NCBI GenBank assembly: GCA_964354495.1
Contig: CAYHAA010000014.1
Location: 9,361-41,360 of the forward strand
Origin: an uncultured archaeon
GTDB lineage: Archaea; Asgardarchaeota; Thorarchaeia; Thorarchaeales; Thorarchaeaceae
Direction: 5' to 3'
DNA length: 32,000 nucleotides
Shown here: in pieces, positions 8,451 through 18,179 of the stretch
How positions within the stretch are numbered: position 1 is the first letter of the stretch
Layout: each line of letters opens with the position of its first letter
Program-made: the position numbers and the translations under genes
Notes under the pieces: model-generated
Seen by the model: the letters and a program-made list of their open reading frames with translations, nothing else
Databases searched by the model: none
Told to the model about the DNA's origin: nothing

Positions 8451-9734
8451 CTAGTGTTCATCTTCACTCGATGACTTGGAATCCTCTTCAGATGCCTCTG
8501 TTGTATCCTCTTCCAGCACCTCTGCTGATGAAGCCTCTGAATCCTCTGGAAACTCTGAGTCCTCAGGTAACATCTCTTGAGAATTGTCAACTTGAGGTTG
8601 CTGAATCTCTGGTTCTTCTTCAAGCTGCTCCTCATCCTCAATCGGGGTAGCAGGCAGGGCCTCAGGCATAGGTGCTTCCTTGAGCATCTTCCTCGATTTC
8701 CTAATGAAGTTCAACTCCATGATGAATGCAACGAACGGGAAGATGATCAGTTTTATGATGTCTCCGACTACGCCTGCTAACGCAGGATTCGTGTCAGCAA
8801 GGATCACAGTAAACATGGCATCCGTGAACATATAACCTGAAGCCAGGAAGAATGTGAAAGTCGCGGCCAGTTCCTTGCTCAGTTTCCATCTTGTATCTAA
8901 TTCAGCTCGACTAGCCAGTGTCCGGCCAATATTACTCATAGTATAGATGATGAAGAAGATAGAAATCCCCATCGCTAAGAGGTCTAAACTTGCATCAAAC
9001 CCTTTCAAGACATTGTATATGAAATAGGCAGAGTAGGATGAAATGAACAGACCTAGGAATGCTATGCTGCTCGCTGTTGATTTGTTACGTTCCGCTAGCA
9101 AGACCCAACCATTCAGGAAGTTGAAGCCGGCCGCAAGCAGTACTCCTAGGATTGCCAGGAACCATGTCGCTGTGAAGATGATTGACACATTGAGAACTGA
9201 TGTAACGATGAAAGAGCCAACAATCAGCACATAGTTCAGAATGTACAAGAATCCATAGAGCAGACCCACTAGCTTTGATTTGCTTTCAATTGCAGCACTC
9301 TCTGCATACCCTAGCGAAGCTCTCGTAGAGAAATATGACTGGAAACCAATCCACCCAAGAAAGGCAACGCCGATGAACATGATGTTGAAGAAATCCCGAA
9401 TTACGAAGATCAGTAGTAGTAAGACAACAACGCTAGCCACCATCCAAATGATTGTGAAGAAGACTGACCTTGCGTATGATTCATCACTGGCTACGAATCT
9501 TGCGAGTCCCACCAAGGACAAGAAGGCTGTGAACATGAAGAATGTCGGGAATATGCCACCAGTGAGCAAGGCTAGCAGATACGTCACTTGGGAGGGGATG
9601 AGAACCACAACTCGTTCCATGAGCGTGATTAGGACCGCGCCGAGCGCGAATACCAGTGTCAACCACTTCAGTCTCTTCGATGAAAAGAAGAGCTTCAGAC
9701 CTTCAACGAATTTTGACAGCATTGGAATCTCCAA
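8451..9734 (-). CDS. Multi-pass membrane protein of unknown function with an acidic low-complexity C-terminal tail
   Basis: About 10-11 hydrophobic segments followed by a ~70-aa E/D/S/P-rich tail. No family recognised. Start is TTG 9734 or the ATG four codons later. Confidence 0.8.
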   Translation of the reverse strand: MEIPMLSKFVEGLKLFFSSKRLKWLTLVFALGAVLITLMERVVVLIPSQVTYLLALLTGGIFPTFFMFTAFLSLVGLARFVASDESYARSVFFTIIWMVASVVVLLLLIFVIRDFFNIMFIGVAFLGWIGFQSYFSTRASLGYAESAAIESKSKLVGLLYGFLYILNYVLIVGSFIVTSVLNVSIIFTATWFLAILGVLLAAGFNFLNGWVLLAERNKSTASSIAFLGLFISSYSAYFIYNVLKGFDASLDLLAMGISIFFIIYTMSNIGRTLASRAELDTRWKLSKELAATFTFFLASGYMFTDAMFTVILADTNPALAGVVGDIIKLIIFPFVAFIMELNFIRKSRKMLKEAPMPEALPATPIEDEEQLEEEPEIQQPQVDNSQEMLPEDSEFPEDSEASSAEVLEEDTTEASEEDSKSSSEDEH

Positions 9735-9776
9735 AGTCCTTTCCTCCGTGTGAATGAACTCCTACGCGATACATCA

Positions 9777-10244
9777 CTATTTATTCTTGAGCATGTACAC
9801 AATCTCTTCTTCGAGTGTATCTTTCACTATTGGTTTCTCAATAAGAGTACCTATCTTGTTTCCCTTAGCATCAAAGAATTCGAACCAGGGGATTGCAGTC
9901 ACTCCCCACTTGTTCATCTCTGGAGGCGAAGGTGGCACTCTCCACTTAGAAGTCCTGCTCAGAGGATCCGTCTTGATGTCTCCAAAAACCATGACATCAA
10001 TGCCTGTCTGCTCCTCAAGATGGAGCATGACTGGCATAGCTCTCTTGCAGTCACCGCACCAGGCAGCACTAAACACGACAAACTTCAGACCCTTTGTCAG
10101 GACCTTCAGCTCCCCAAGTGCTGCTTCATTGAGTCTGTATCCCTTGTATGCTTCCATTATGATGTCTTTGTCCTTCTCAAATAAGGCGTCAATGTATCCC
10201 CTGACATTTGTTGTTCTTTTCCTGATGTCTTTGAAGTCAATCAT
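9777..10244 (-). CDS. Thioredoxin-family protein (WCGDC)
   Basis: VVFSAAWCGDCKRAMP..WGVTAIPWFEFFDAKGNKIGTLIEKP. The ATG at 10244 (MIDFKD) is preferred over the longer ORF start at 10304. Confidence 0.9.
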   Translation of the reverse strand: MIDFKDIRKRTTNVRGYIDALFEKDKDIIMEAYKGYRLNEAALGELKVLTKGLKFVVFSAAWCGDCKRAMPVMLHLEEQTGIDVMVFGDIKTDPLSRTSKWRVPPSPPEMNKWGVTAIPWFEFFDAKGNKIGTLIEKPIVKDTLEEEIVYMLKNK

Positions 10245-10358
10245 ACTCTGAAGGTGAGCTGGTGAGTCTTCTAAAACTCTTCGATTGGTGTTTCTGCAAG
10301 ACATCAGTAATCCTGATAAGTGATAGACTCACATTCTCCAGTAGGAACTAGTCAATAG

Positions 10359-10907
10359 GTGGAGTGCTTGGCAGCAGAGCTATACAAGACAATCATTGTT
10401 GGCGCACCAAGTGTGGGCAAATCAAGTCTTGTTAGACGCTATCAGACTAATGAGTTTAGGGAAGACCACACTGCCACCGTTGCTGCCGACCTCAGTGCCA
10501 TAGTCTTCAACTTCCCAGAAGGAAAAGTCGTTCTGACCATCATCGATGTTGGCGGTCAGGAAACCTTTGCAGGCCTTCGGAATAGATTCTATGAGGGCGC
10601 TCATCATCTAATCATGGTCTATGATATGACCAATAAGGAGACCTTCAAACGAATCACGCCTCTCTATGAGGCACTTACAGAAAAGATATGCATCCAGAAG
10701 GACAAGTTCCTCAGCGGTTCACTTGTTGCCAACAAAGCCGACCTCAAGAATGAAGCTGTCATTTCTGAACAGGAAGGCAGATCACTGGCAAACCTGCTTC
10801 AGCTTGAGTACTTTGAAACCTCAGCACGAACAGGTTACAATGTATCAGAGATGTTCCTGCATGCAGCAGCGGAGTCACGACGACTTCGTCATGCCGCCAA
10901 GGTATAG
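10359..10907 (+). CDS. Ras-superfamily small GTPase, Rab-like
   Basis: G1 GAPSVGKS, G2 T (ATVAAD), G3 DVGGQ, G4 NKAD and G5 ETSAR, plus Rab-like RFYEGA. No C-terminal Cys prenylation motif. Confidence 0.95.
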   Translation: MECLAAELYKTIIVGAPSVGKSSLVRRYQTNEFREDHTATVAADLSAIVFNFPEGKVVLTIIDVGGQETFAGLRNRFYEGAHHLIMVYDMTNKETFKRITPLYEALTEKICIQKDKFLSGSLVANKADLKNEAVISEQEGRSLANLLQLEYFETSARTGYNVSEMFLHAAAESRRLRHAAKV

Positions 10908-10922
10908 ACTTGAGGTGCTAAC

Positions 10923-11522
10923 ATGAACCTCACTGGGGATTTTCGGAAGGCTCTCAGTCTGGTGTTGCATCCTGACGTAGTGTTCGAAGGTGAACGAGAG
11001 AGTCAAGGATATTGGCCTGTGCTGCGTTTCTTCTTAGTTCTGAGTGTGATCTTGGCATTACTAACCCCTTTTGTAAACTGGTTCCACATTCCTTGTGATA
11101 TAGTTCACGCAGGTACGAATGCACAAGTGGGAGCCTACCTGCAGGCTCCTCTCCTTGAAGCATCTACAGGGATAAGCCGCTACTTTTGGGTTGGCATCCT
11201 GACCTATTTTGGCAATGTACTGAAGATACCCCTTCTGGGTCTATTGTTCCACATTATTGCGAAGGGATTGCGGGGAACTGGAACTATTCTTGACTCCTTG
11301 AAGATTGGTGTGTTTTCGGCTTCACCAGTCCTGCTGTTCGGATGGATTTCGTACTTTGGACTCATATCCGGTCTCTGGGTGGGATATCTATATGTAATGG
11401 ATTTCTGTAGACTTCACAACACCTCTCTTGGGGCGACTATTTGCTTGGTGAACCTCCTGATAGGAGTCCAAGTCGCTTCAGCTTTCCTATTTGGTTGGCT
11501 GGGTAGTTCAGAACCATGGTGA
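10923..11522 (+). CDS. Yip1-family membrane protein
   Basis: N-terminal LVLHPDVVF..E followed by about 5 TM segments, with LFHIIAKGLRGTGTILDSLKIGVFSASP. This resembles the Yip1 pattern (l.P..fF; lh...k.lgG.g.f..t.k...ya..P). Confidence 0.7.
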   Translation: MNLTGDFRKALSLVLHPDVVFEGERESQGYWPVLRFFLVLSVILALLTPFVNWFHIPCDIVHAGTNAQVGAYLQAPLLEASTGISRYFWVGILTYFGNVLKIPLLGLLFHIIAKGLRGTGTILDSLKIGVFSASPVLLFGWISYFGLISGLWVGYLYVMDFCRLHNTSLGATICLVNLLIGVQVASAFLFGWLGSSEPW

Positions 11523-11570
11523 GGTAGTACCCGCCTTCATCAAGTCATATAGTAGCTAAATGATGACTGC

Positions 11571-12950
11571 TCACTGCGTTGCTGCTGTCATTCTGCAATC
11601 ACGAATCCTCATGGTCGGAATGACCGTTGGGGTCTGAACCTCCCACCAGAAGATTTGCGAACGGTCGCTACCGAGAGCATCGATATTCGCAAACATTCTC
11701 ATTGTGTTATCACTGATGCGCATGTTTTTGATGGGCTTCATTTCGCCCTTCTTAACGAGGAACATGGCGTCCCTTGGAATCGTCGAGAAATCGCCTGACT
11801 GGTAATTCTGGAATCGTGAGTACCAGTTGCATGTCACATAGATCGTTGGTCTACTGACATCCAGAAGTTCTTCCAAGCTATGATCTCCATTCTCGAACAC
11901 AGTGTTTGTCGGACCGGGGAGAAGCATTTTCATTCCCATGCCTAGAACTGCCATTCTTGAGCTTCCAGTGCTCTCGGACTCAAAGAGCTTGCCTGTAGTA
12001 GTATTGTGTACCAGAGCCTTGAGCACTCCTCTCTCGGTAATGGTTACGGTCTTGCTCGGAGTGCCCTCCCAGTCAAATGCGGTGCTTTCAAGGCCCCCAT
12101 CGAATAGGGGGTCCTCATAGGCTGTAACGAATTCAGGCGCTATCTGTTCTCCCATGCGGTCCTTCAGCGGCGATAAACCCATCATGATCAGAAATGGATT
12201 CGCTTGAACCGGGATCTGGCCGATGACATCAGCTGCCACAGTCGGTGACAGGATGAGGTCGTATTTGCCCGGTGTGCCTTGAATTGCTCCGACCGCCTGT
12301 TTCGATAGTCTCCCGGCTTTTCCACCTGCAGCGAGCATCTTCTTCTTCGACTTTGTTGGCATAGTTCCACACTCTAAGCCTTGCCCCGAGTAGTCCAATT
12401 CATCCTGAAGTGCTCTGACATTGAGGTCGAACGAAGTCATTCTGCCCGTGCCCTCTGGTCCCTGACTCGAGCGAAAGAAGAAGTTCTGCTCTTTGACCAT
12501 GAGTGCACCGGCCACTCTCTTGGCTCCTTCCTGCAAGGCTTGGTCCACAACGGAGTTGACGATTCCCGGAGCTTCTTCAACAAACTCGTCAATTCGACTA
12601 TCATACTGCCCCTTCAATCGAGGATAGGCTCCTTTCCTGTCTTCCAGTCCTGCAAAGAACATGGAATCAGGAAGAATCTCTGTGAAGGTGACAGCATCAT
12701 TAACAGTCTTTCTAACATCCTCGATCGAAGTCACGGGTCGCTCAGTAGATCCCGTCTTCTTGCCTTTCACCAAAACGAAGAGCTCCAGTTGCATGCTATT
12801 CCATCGATTGCTGATGTCAATATCACTCTGCGAGAATCGGATCTGTGAGTCCTTTCTCTTTGTAACCCGTGCAATGATTGCATCAGTCCTACGCGCACCA
12901 TAGTCGACAGCCTCGTCAACAAATATCTTGAACTGGTCGTCGTTCTTCAT
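11571..12950 (-). CDS. pmbA: TldD/PmbA family protein, PmbA/TldE-like non-catalytic subunit
   Basis: QIRFSQS, FDWEGTPSK, WYSRFQNYQSGDFS and MRISDN are present and there is no HExxxH. The ATG at 12950 overlaps the tldD stop (TAATG). Confidence 0.88.
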   Translation of the reverse strand: MKNDDQFKIFVDEAVDYGARRTDAIIARVTKRKDSQIRFSQSDIDISNRWNSMQLELFVLVKGKKTGSTERPVTSIEDVRKTVNDAVTFTEILPDSMFFAGLEDRKGAYPRLKGQYDSRIDEFVEEAPGIVNSVVDQALQEGAKRVAGALMVKEQNFFFRSSQGPEGTGRMTSFDLNVRALQDELDYSGQGLECGTMPTKSKKKMLAAGGKAGRLSKQAVGAIQGTPGKYDLILSPTVAADVIGQIPVQANPFLIMMGLSPLKDRMGEQIAPEFVTAYEDPLFDGGLESTAFDWEGTPSKTVTITERGVLKALVHNTTTGKLFESESTGSSRMAVLGMGMKMLLPGPTNTVFENGDHSLEELLDVSRPTIYVTCNWYSRFQNYQSGDFSTIPRDAMFLVKKGEMKPIKNMRISDNTMRMFANIDALGSDRSQIFWWEVQTPTVIPTMRIRDCRMTAATQ

Positions 12951-14380
12951 TAGCCAACACCTCCAAGTCTGATGCCTCTGAATCTGATATCCCCGCCTCC
13001 TGCATAGACAGGTATTCCTTGCATCGGGTCGCTTTTTCCGCACGTTCCTGGGAAATCAAAGACCAAGTTCTTTGAGACGGCATCCACTGCACTCAACATT
13101 CCAACACTCGTTGTTTCCATGACAGGTCTCTTTACCATTGTCTCTGTTATCTCACCTTTTCTGATCAGATAGGCCTCAGAGCCTGTATATTTGGCCTGGT
13201 ATCGTCTGTCATCGATGTTCCACTCTTGGAAGCTTCTCATGAAGACTCCCAATTTGACGTCCTCAACGAGTTCTTCGAAGGAGTGGTCGCCTGGTTCGAA
13301 ATAGGTGTTCGCCATCCTGATTATTGGTTCTCTATCGTACGCTGAAGCACGTGCTGCTGCGTTTGAGCCGCTTCCAAATCTCGTACCAAACTCTCTGTTC
13401 AGGAGCGGTTCGTTGATGATCCCCTTCTTGATAAGTTGCCGCTTCCGCGACTTCACTCCTTCATCATCATAGAGATAATACCCAGAGGTCTTCTCGATTG
13501 TCGGATTCTCACTGACGTTGACGGCATTAGAACCGACACGGGATTCCCCAATCTTGAGGTCTCGCCAGAAACTCTCTCCTGCCTGTGCTCCCTCTCTGCC
13601 CATGATACGGTCCCCCTCACTAGGATGACCAACGTTCTCATGTGCCATGATACCTGCTACCTCGGGTCCAACAATCATGTCAATTGGCTGGCTCAACAGC
13701 TCATCGACCTTAATGGCAGTCTCGGCCGCTTTCTTCAATCTCGCAACCTCGTCTTTGAGATGCTCAAGGAAATCGGACTCTCGGATTCGTTCCCATCCTC
13801 CAGCAAGTGTCAGGTCAAGGTATTTTTGTTCTGAACCTCCTGGTGCCTGTGCGGTCATAATCGAAGACATGAGAATATAGGACGATTGGCTCTCAATCTG
13901 AGTGCCTTCATTTGTGACAAAATACTTATCGATCACCTTCGGATTGAACATGAACACATAGGATGCAAGCCCTTCCATCTGTTCATTTGCATCTGCAGCT
14001 AACCGCATCATTGTATCCAGGTCAACATCATTGAGTGGCTCCTTTGTCTTCATTTTCCATTTTGCTCTATTGGAAACTGACTGTCCGAGATCAATGGGTA
14101 TCTTTCTCTTTGCATTCTTTGCGATTCTGAAAGCAGTAGTGATAGACTCCTCAGCCAAACCTTTCTCCAGTCTGTCAAAAGATGCAAAACCCATATTCCC
14201 ATTCACAAGGACGCGCACACCAATGCCAGACGAGGGCGAATAGCCTCCTGACACTGGCTCTCCGTTCCTAAATGCCATCCCTCTAGTCATATCTCTGACA
14301 TACCTGGCTTCAACATAGCTGCATCCGAGACCCTGTCCGAACTCGATGCAGTAATCTGCTAGATCCATCCCATCTTTCAT
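12950..14380 (-). CDS. tldD: TldD metalloprotease subunit
   Basis: HENVGHPSEGDR Zn motif, GYYLYDDEGV, IIRMANTYFEPGD and C-terminal CGKSDPMQ. Confidence 0.93.
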   Translation of the reverse strand: MKDGMDLADYCIEFGQGLGCSYVEARYVRDMTRGMAFRNGEPVSGGYSPSSGIGVRVLVNGNMGFASFDRLEKGLAEESITTAFRIAKNAKRKIPIDLGQSVSNRAKWKMKTKEPLNDVDLDTMMRLAADANEQMEGLASYVFMFNPKVIDKYFVTNEGTQIESQSSYILMSSIMTAQAPGGSEQKYLDLTLAGGWERIRESDFLEHLKDEVARLKKAAETAIKVDELLSQPIDMIVGPEVAGIMAHENVGHPSEGDRIMGREGAQAGESFWRDLKIGESRVGSNAVNVSENPTIEKTSGYYLYDDEGVKSRKRQLIKKGIINEPLLNREFGTRFGSGSNAAARASAYDREPIIRMANTYFEPGDHSFEELVEDVKLGVFMRSFQEWNIDDRRYQAKYTGSEAYLIRKGEITETMVKRPVMETTSVGMLSAVDAVSKNLVFDFPGTCGKSDPMQGIPVYAGGGDIRFRGIRLGGVG

Positions 14381-14492
14381 TATAGACGCCTAGGTATTCC
14401 AAATGAAGCCTAATGATAAATGCTATGGGGTCACCGCAGGATTCAAATGATGATCTTCTGAGTGCCTCTCTGTGCAATCCATATAATTCCGG

Positions 14493-15833
14493 GTGCCACC
14501 CATGATTGAAGATGTTTCACATGAGAAGTGGAATGCAATCCATGCATTCCTGATAATGGACCTCATTCAGATACTCATCGTATCTCTACTATACCTTGAT
14601 GATAATACGCTCTTTGTCGTAGGCATCAACTTCGCCCAGACAAATCTCCTTGTTTCTGCAGCGCTGTTTCTCAGTATCGCACTTCTGCAATTCATACTAC
14701 TGTATTCCTCTGTTGCTCAGATGATGCGAAGCCCCGATTTGATGGAACTCTACCCACGATTCAATAAGGACATTCCTTGGAGACGTAGATACAGCCGAGA
14801 CAGCATCGTCAAGTGGACACTCGATTTAGCAAAGAAAAGCGAAGTTTCAGTCAGTAAGATCTGTTTGATGGCATCGCCTATTCCAAATGCCTTCACATTC
14901 AGTCTTCCCCTTCTAGGCTCCACTGTGGTCGTTTACAGTAACACTCTAGAGATTCTGAATGAGGAAGAGATGCAGGCCGTTATAGCACATGAGATTGGTC
15001 ACATAAAGAACCGGGACTCGATTGTCACGATCTTTGTTCGAATGCCTTCCATTTTCGTTGACCTCATCTACCTGTATATCTATGTCCGACTTGTCTTGGC
15101 TATCGCGAATTCTCTCTTAGTTGATTACTCCCTGTCTACCATGGCAGTCAGGGCATTCGTGTTGTTAGCATTCTTCATTCTCTCAAGATTACTTACCCTG
15201 CTCTCAAACTACTTCATGCAGAGAGCATCAAGAGCTGCGGAGCTTATGTCTGACTATCACGCCGCCACAGTGCTCGGTCATGAGGCTACGATCAACTCTC
15301 TGATACGAATGGGACAACGCGTTGAAGCTATAACTGTTCTTGTGGATGAAATTCGCTGGCTTGAGTCTCTCAATCCTGAGAGAGTTGGCCCGATATCCAA
15401 CCCTGAGCTCATGAGGATGATTAGTCAGTACCCTCTGGACGGTATTGACGAGCGAAATGCTCGCGAGATTTCGCCATGGGTCTTCCTATCAACAAAGCTC
15501 AGGCATCTGAGAGAGGTGTATGGTGTTCGGCTGAGTGACGAGCAGGTCAAAGATGCTGTGGAGCCTACTATTCAGTCCCTCCTCAAGCTTCGAAGTGACG
15601 CTAAACCGATTTCAGAAACAACAAGGGACATGAATGTTGTTGACTGGAGGAAAGTCGATTACGACCAAGACCGCCGCCTCTCTTCGGAAGAGCTCGCAGA
15701 ACTCCTAAAACTGCTGCGTTCTCATCCGAAGAAAATGCTGTTTGACAGTGAGGTGGGTGTCAACATGTTGGCGCTAGACCATCCAGACTTTCGCCGAAGA
15801 GTCTTATTCATTGCGGACGAGTTTGGGCTCTGA
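14493..15833 (+). CDS. M48 (HtpX/Ste24-like) membrane zinc metalloprotease with an EF-hand-like insertion
   Basis: PNAFTF, EMQAVIAHEIGHIKNRD (HExxH), RAAELMSD and C-terminal HPDFRRRV, with several TM segments. The start is uncertain. Confidence 0.9.
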   Translation: MPPMIEDVSHEKWNAIHAFLIMDLIQILIVSLLYLDDNTLFVVGINFAQTNLLVSAALFLSIALLQFILLYSSVAQMMRSPDLMELYPRFNKDIPWRRRYSRDSIVKWTLDLAKKSEVSVSKICLMASPIPNAFTFSLPLLGSTVVVYSNTLEILNEEEMQAVIAHEIGHIKNRDSIVTIFVRMPSIFVDLIYLYIYVRLVLAIANSLLVDYSLSTMAVRAFVLLAFFILSRLLTLLSNYFMQRASRAAELMSDYHAATVLGHEATINSLIRMGQRVEAITVLVDEIRWLESLNPERVGPISNPELMRMISQYPLDGIDERNAREISPWVFLSTKLRHLREVYGVRLSDEQVKDAVEPTIQSLLKLRSDAKPISETTRDMNVVDWRKVDYDQDRRLSSEELAELLKLLRSHPKKMLFDSEVGVNMLALDHPDFRRRVLFIADEFGL

Positions 15834-15844
15834 AGGAGCATGCT

Positions 15845-17293
15845 CTAGACAGCCCGCGCTTCAACTCGCTCTTCTTCGGCCTTGTTCAATCCCCTGATTG
15901 TAGAGGTAATTGCTGCAATCAGCGTAAGCGCAGAGAAGATCCAGATACTGGATTGGAAGGCTTGACTGTAGCCTACGACAAAGAGTGGACCTGACTCGAA
16001 TCCCCAAGGGTTGTAGGTCAGGAAGAAGACTCCGAAGACTGTCGTGACTAGTGCAGTAGCAATCGAGAATCCAGTCGTTCTTGCCAAATTCGTGAGTGCG
16101 CTAACGACACCCATGTACTTCTTGGGTGCTGACGTCATGATGAAGTTGCCATTCGCCACGCTGAAGAACGACAGGCCTGTCCCCATGACTGCAACTCCGA
16201 TGCCCATCCCGAGAACATTCGGAATCATTAGTGCAAGGATTACGAGTCCAGCCAACTGAACAATAAGCCCGACGGTTGTCTGGACTTGAGCATTCATTCT
16301 CTCTGAAACAAGACCCGCAAATGGCCCTGTCACAGAGATCATGACGGGCTGGATGACAAGGAAGACCCCTGCGATTATCTGGCTGAAACCCAACGCCTCT
16401 TGAAGATAGAACGGAAGCAGGAATGAAACAGGAACCATCGACATGTATGCTAGGAGAGCAGAGAATATACTGACTGAGATTCTCTTGTCTGTGAGAACGT
16501 CTATCGAGATCACTGGTGATTCAAAGGTCTTTTCTCTGATTAGGAATCCTACAAAGGCAATGAGTGCTCCAGCGATGAGCACCAAACGAGTGGCTATTTC
16601 CGATGTAGTGGCTACTGTGACATAGTAGATGATTAGGAACAGGAAGCTGAAGAATAGCCCTGCACCAATCACATCAAAGCGAGTCTCGTGAACCTTCTCA
16701 GTCAGAGGGACTGCTATTTGAACTATGAAGAGACCGATGATTCCCACTGGAATATTCACTAAGAAGATGCTTGGCCAGCCAAGCAGCTGGGTCAGAATTC
16801 CGCCAAGAACCGGCCCGCTACCAAGGGCTGCAGCGAGAACGACTGAGTTGAGGCCAATCGCTCTGCCTCTGTTTTGAGGTGTTGTGAAATATGTCACCAA
16901 TGCCAGTCCGTTAGCTGTAATCATTGCTGCGCCAAGTGCCTGAAAAACACGAGCTAGAATGAGCATCACTAGTCCGATAGATATGGCACAACCAAAGGAT
17001 CCCAGTGTAAACACGAGCATGCCCATTTGGAAGATTCTCTTCTTTCCAAAACGGTCTCCGAATTTGCCCATGAGAGGCATCGTGGACGTCAAGACCAAGA
17101 GATACGCGACAACGACCCACTGAATTGCGTCAATTGTTGTTTCGAAGATGTCCATCATGGTCACAAGCGATACATTGACAATTGAGGCATCTAGCCCACC
17201 GAGGAAGACCCCGAAACTTGTCGCACCTACTACTCTGTACGGACCAGGTGCCTTTGCAGCAACTTGTTCAGGAGAAACAGTAGTCGGTGTCAT
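15845..17293 (-). CDS. MFS transporter, DHA2 (EmrB/QacA, 14-TMS) family
   Basis: LDASIVNVSL, WVVVAYLL, GKFGDRFGKKR (motif A), ARVFQALGAA, RGRAIG, GPVLGG and W.SIFLVNIPVG. Confidence 0.93.
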   Translation of the reverse strand: MTPTTVSPEQVAAKAPGPYRVVGATSFGVFLGGLDASIVNVSLVTMMDIFETTIDAIQWVVVAYLLVLTSTMPLMGKFGDRFGKKRIFQMGMLVFTLGSFGCAISIGLVMLILARVFQALGAAMITANGLALVTYFTTPQNRGRAIGLNSVVLAAALGSGPVLGGILTQLLGWPSIFLVNIPVGIIGLFIVQIAVPLTEKVHETRFDVIGAGLFFSFLFLIIYYVTVATTSEIATRLVLIAGALIAFVGFLIREKTFESPVISIDVLTDKRISVSIFSALLAYMSMVPVSFLLPFYLQEALGFSQIIAGVFLVIQPVMISVTGPFAGLVSERMNAQVQTTVGLIVQLAGLVILALMIPNVLGMGIGVAVMGTGLSFFSVANGNFIMTSAPKKYMGVVSALTNLARTTGFSIATALVTTVFGVFFLTYNPWGFESGPLFVVGYSQAFQSSIWIFSALTLIAAITSTIRGLNKAEEERVEARAV

Positions 17294-17444
17294 CTAGCGC
17301 ATCATCACACGATCAGTAGTCAGCTGACTACGCTGGAAGTTCTTTGAATCGGCAGACAGCCCCTTAATTGTTCTTGTGGTGTGTGACCAAAACCTACAGA
17401 AAGCAACCGTAACGGTCTTCTTCAATTTGAGAATTTTGGTATCT

Positions 17445-18179
17445 GTGTTTGACTGGGATACGTTGGCAAAGAAGGCAAGGGATGACATCAAGGCATGTCT
17501 CGATTCTTGGGTATCCGTATTGATCGAGACACTAGGTGACCGCGTGAAGTGCGCGTATGAGAAGGGTTCCGCGGTGAAACCATGGGAATCCCCTATTGAC
17601 TACGTGCCAACAATCAGCGACGTCGATATCCACATCAAGCTCGATGATGAAGCAGATCTGTTTCCGCACTCGGAAGATTCTTTTCAAGATTCCATGTGCC
17701 TGTCCAAACATTACGAAGACAGATTCATAGAGCTGAAACCTGACCATCTTCACATCCCTCGAAGCCTGCTGAGCTTGGTCGACAAGTTGATTGAGCTCCT
17801 GGAATATGGTCCACCCCGCAAGCGTGATGTGAGAGTCCTGATCGGTCGGATCTCTGAACCTGTGTTCCCATCGACTGAGAGGATACGAAGCATCGACCTA
17901 GAGAATCTTCTCTCTCTTTCAGAATTTGTGGCCAGGATACCATCTAGGGTGGCGGACAGGTCTGGATTGGATTTCTGGGCAATCATCCGTGAAATGACTT
18001 GGAGAGTATCCCCTAGTCCGGTTCGACTGCTCACACAAACTGCAGACGACCCACTAGATGTCTGGTCTTGGAATCGGACTCATATTGCACGGGAGCTATG
18101 TGTACAGGGCTACAATGAGATTGCCCGCCGGTCAACTTCTACTTCCATGCCTCATCAGAAGCTGGGAGCGTGTTCTTAG
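17445..18179 (+). CDS. Hypothetical protein with a nucleotidyltransferase-like GS..DxD motif, 3' end probably truncated
   Basis: YEKGS-x16-DVDIH. The last 41 nt overlap the convergent AOR gene. The GTG start at 17445 is inferred. Confidence 0.55.
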   Translation: MFDWDTLAKKARDDIKACLDSWVSVLIETLGDRVKCAYEKGSAVKPWESPIDYVPTISDVDIHIKLDDEADLFPHSEDSFQDSMCLSKHYEDRFIELKPDHLHIPRSLLSLVDKLIELLEYGPPRKRDVRVLIGRISEPVFPSTERIRSIDLENLLSLSEFVARIPSRVADRSGLDFWAIIREMTWRVSPSPVRLLTQTADDPLDVWSWNRTHIARELCVQGYNEIARRSTSTSMPHQKLGACS

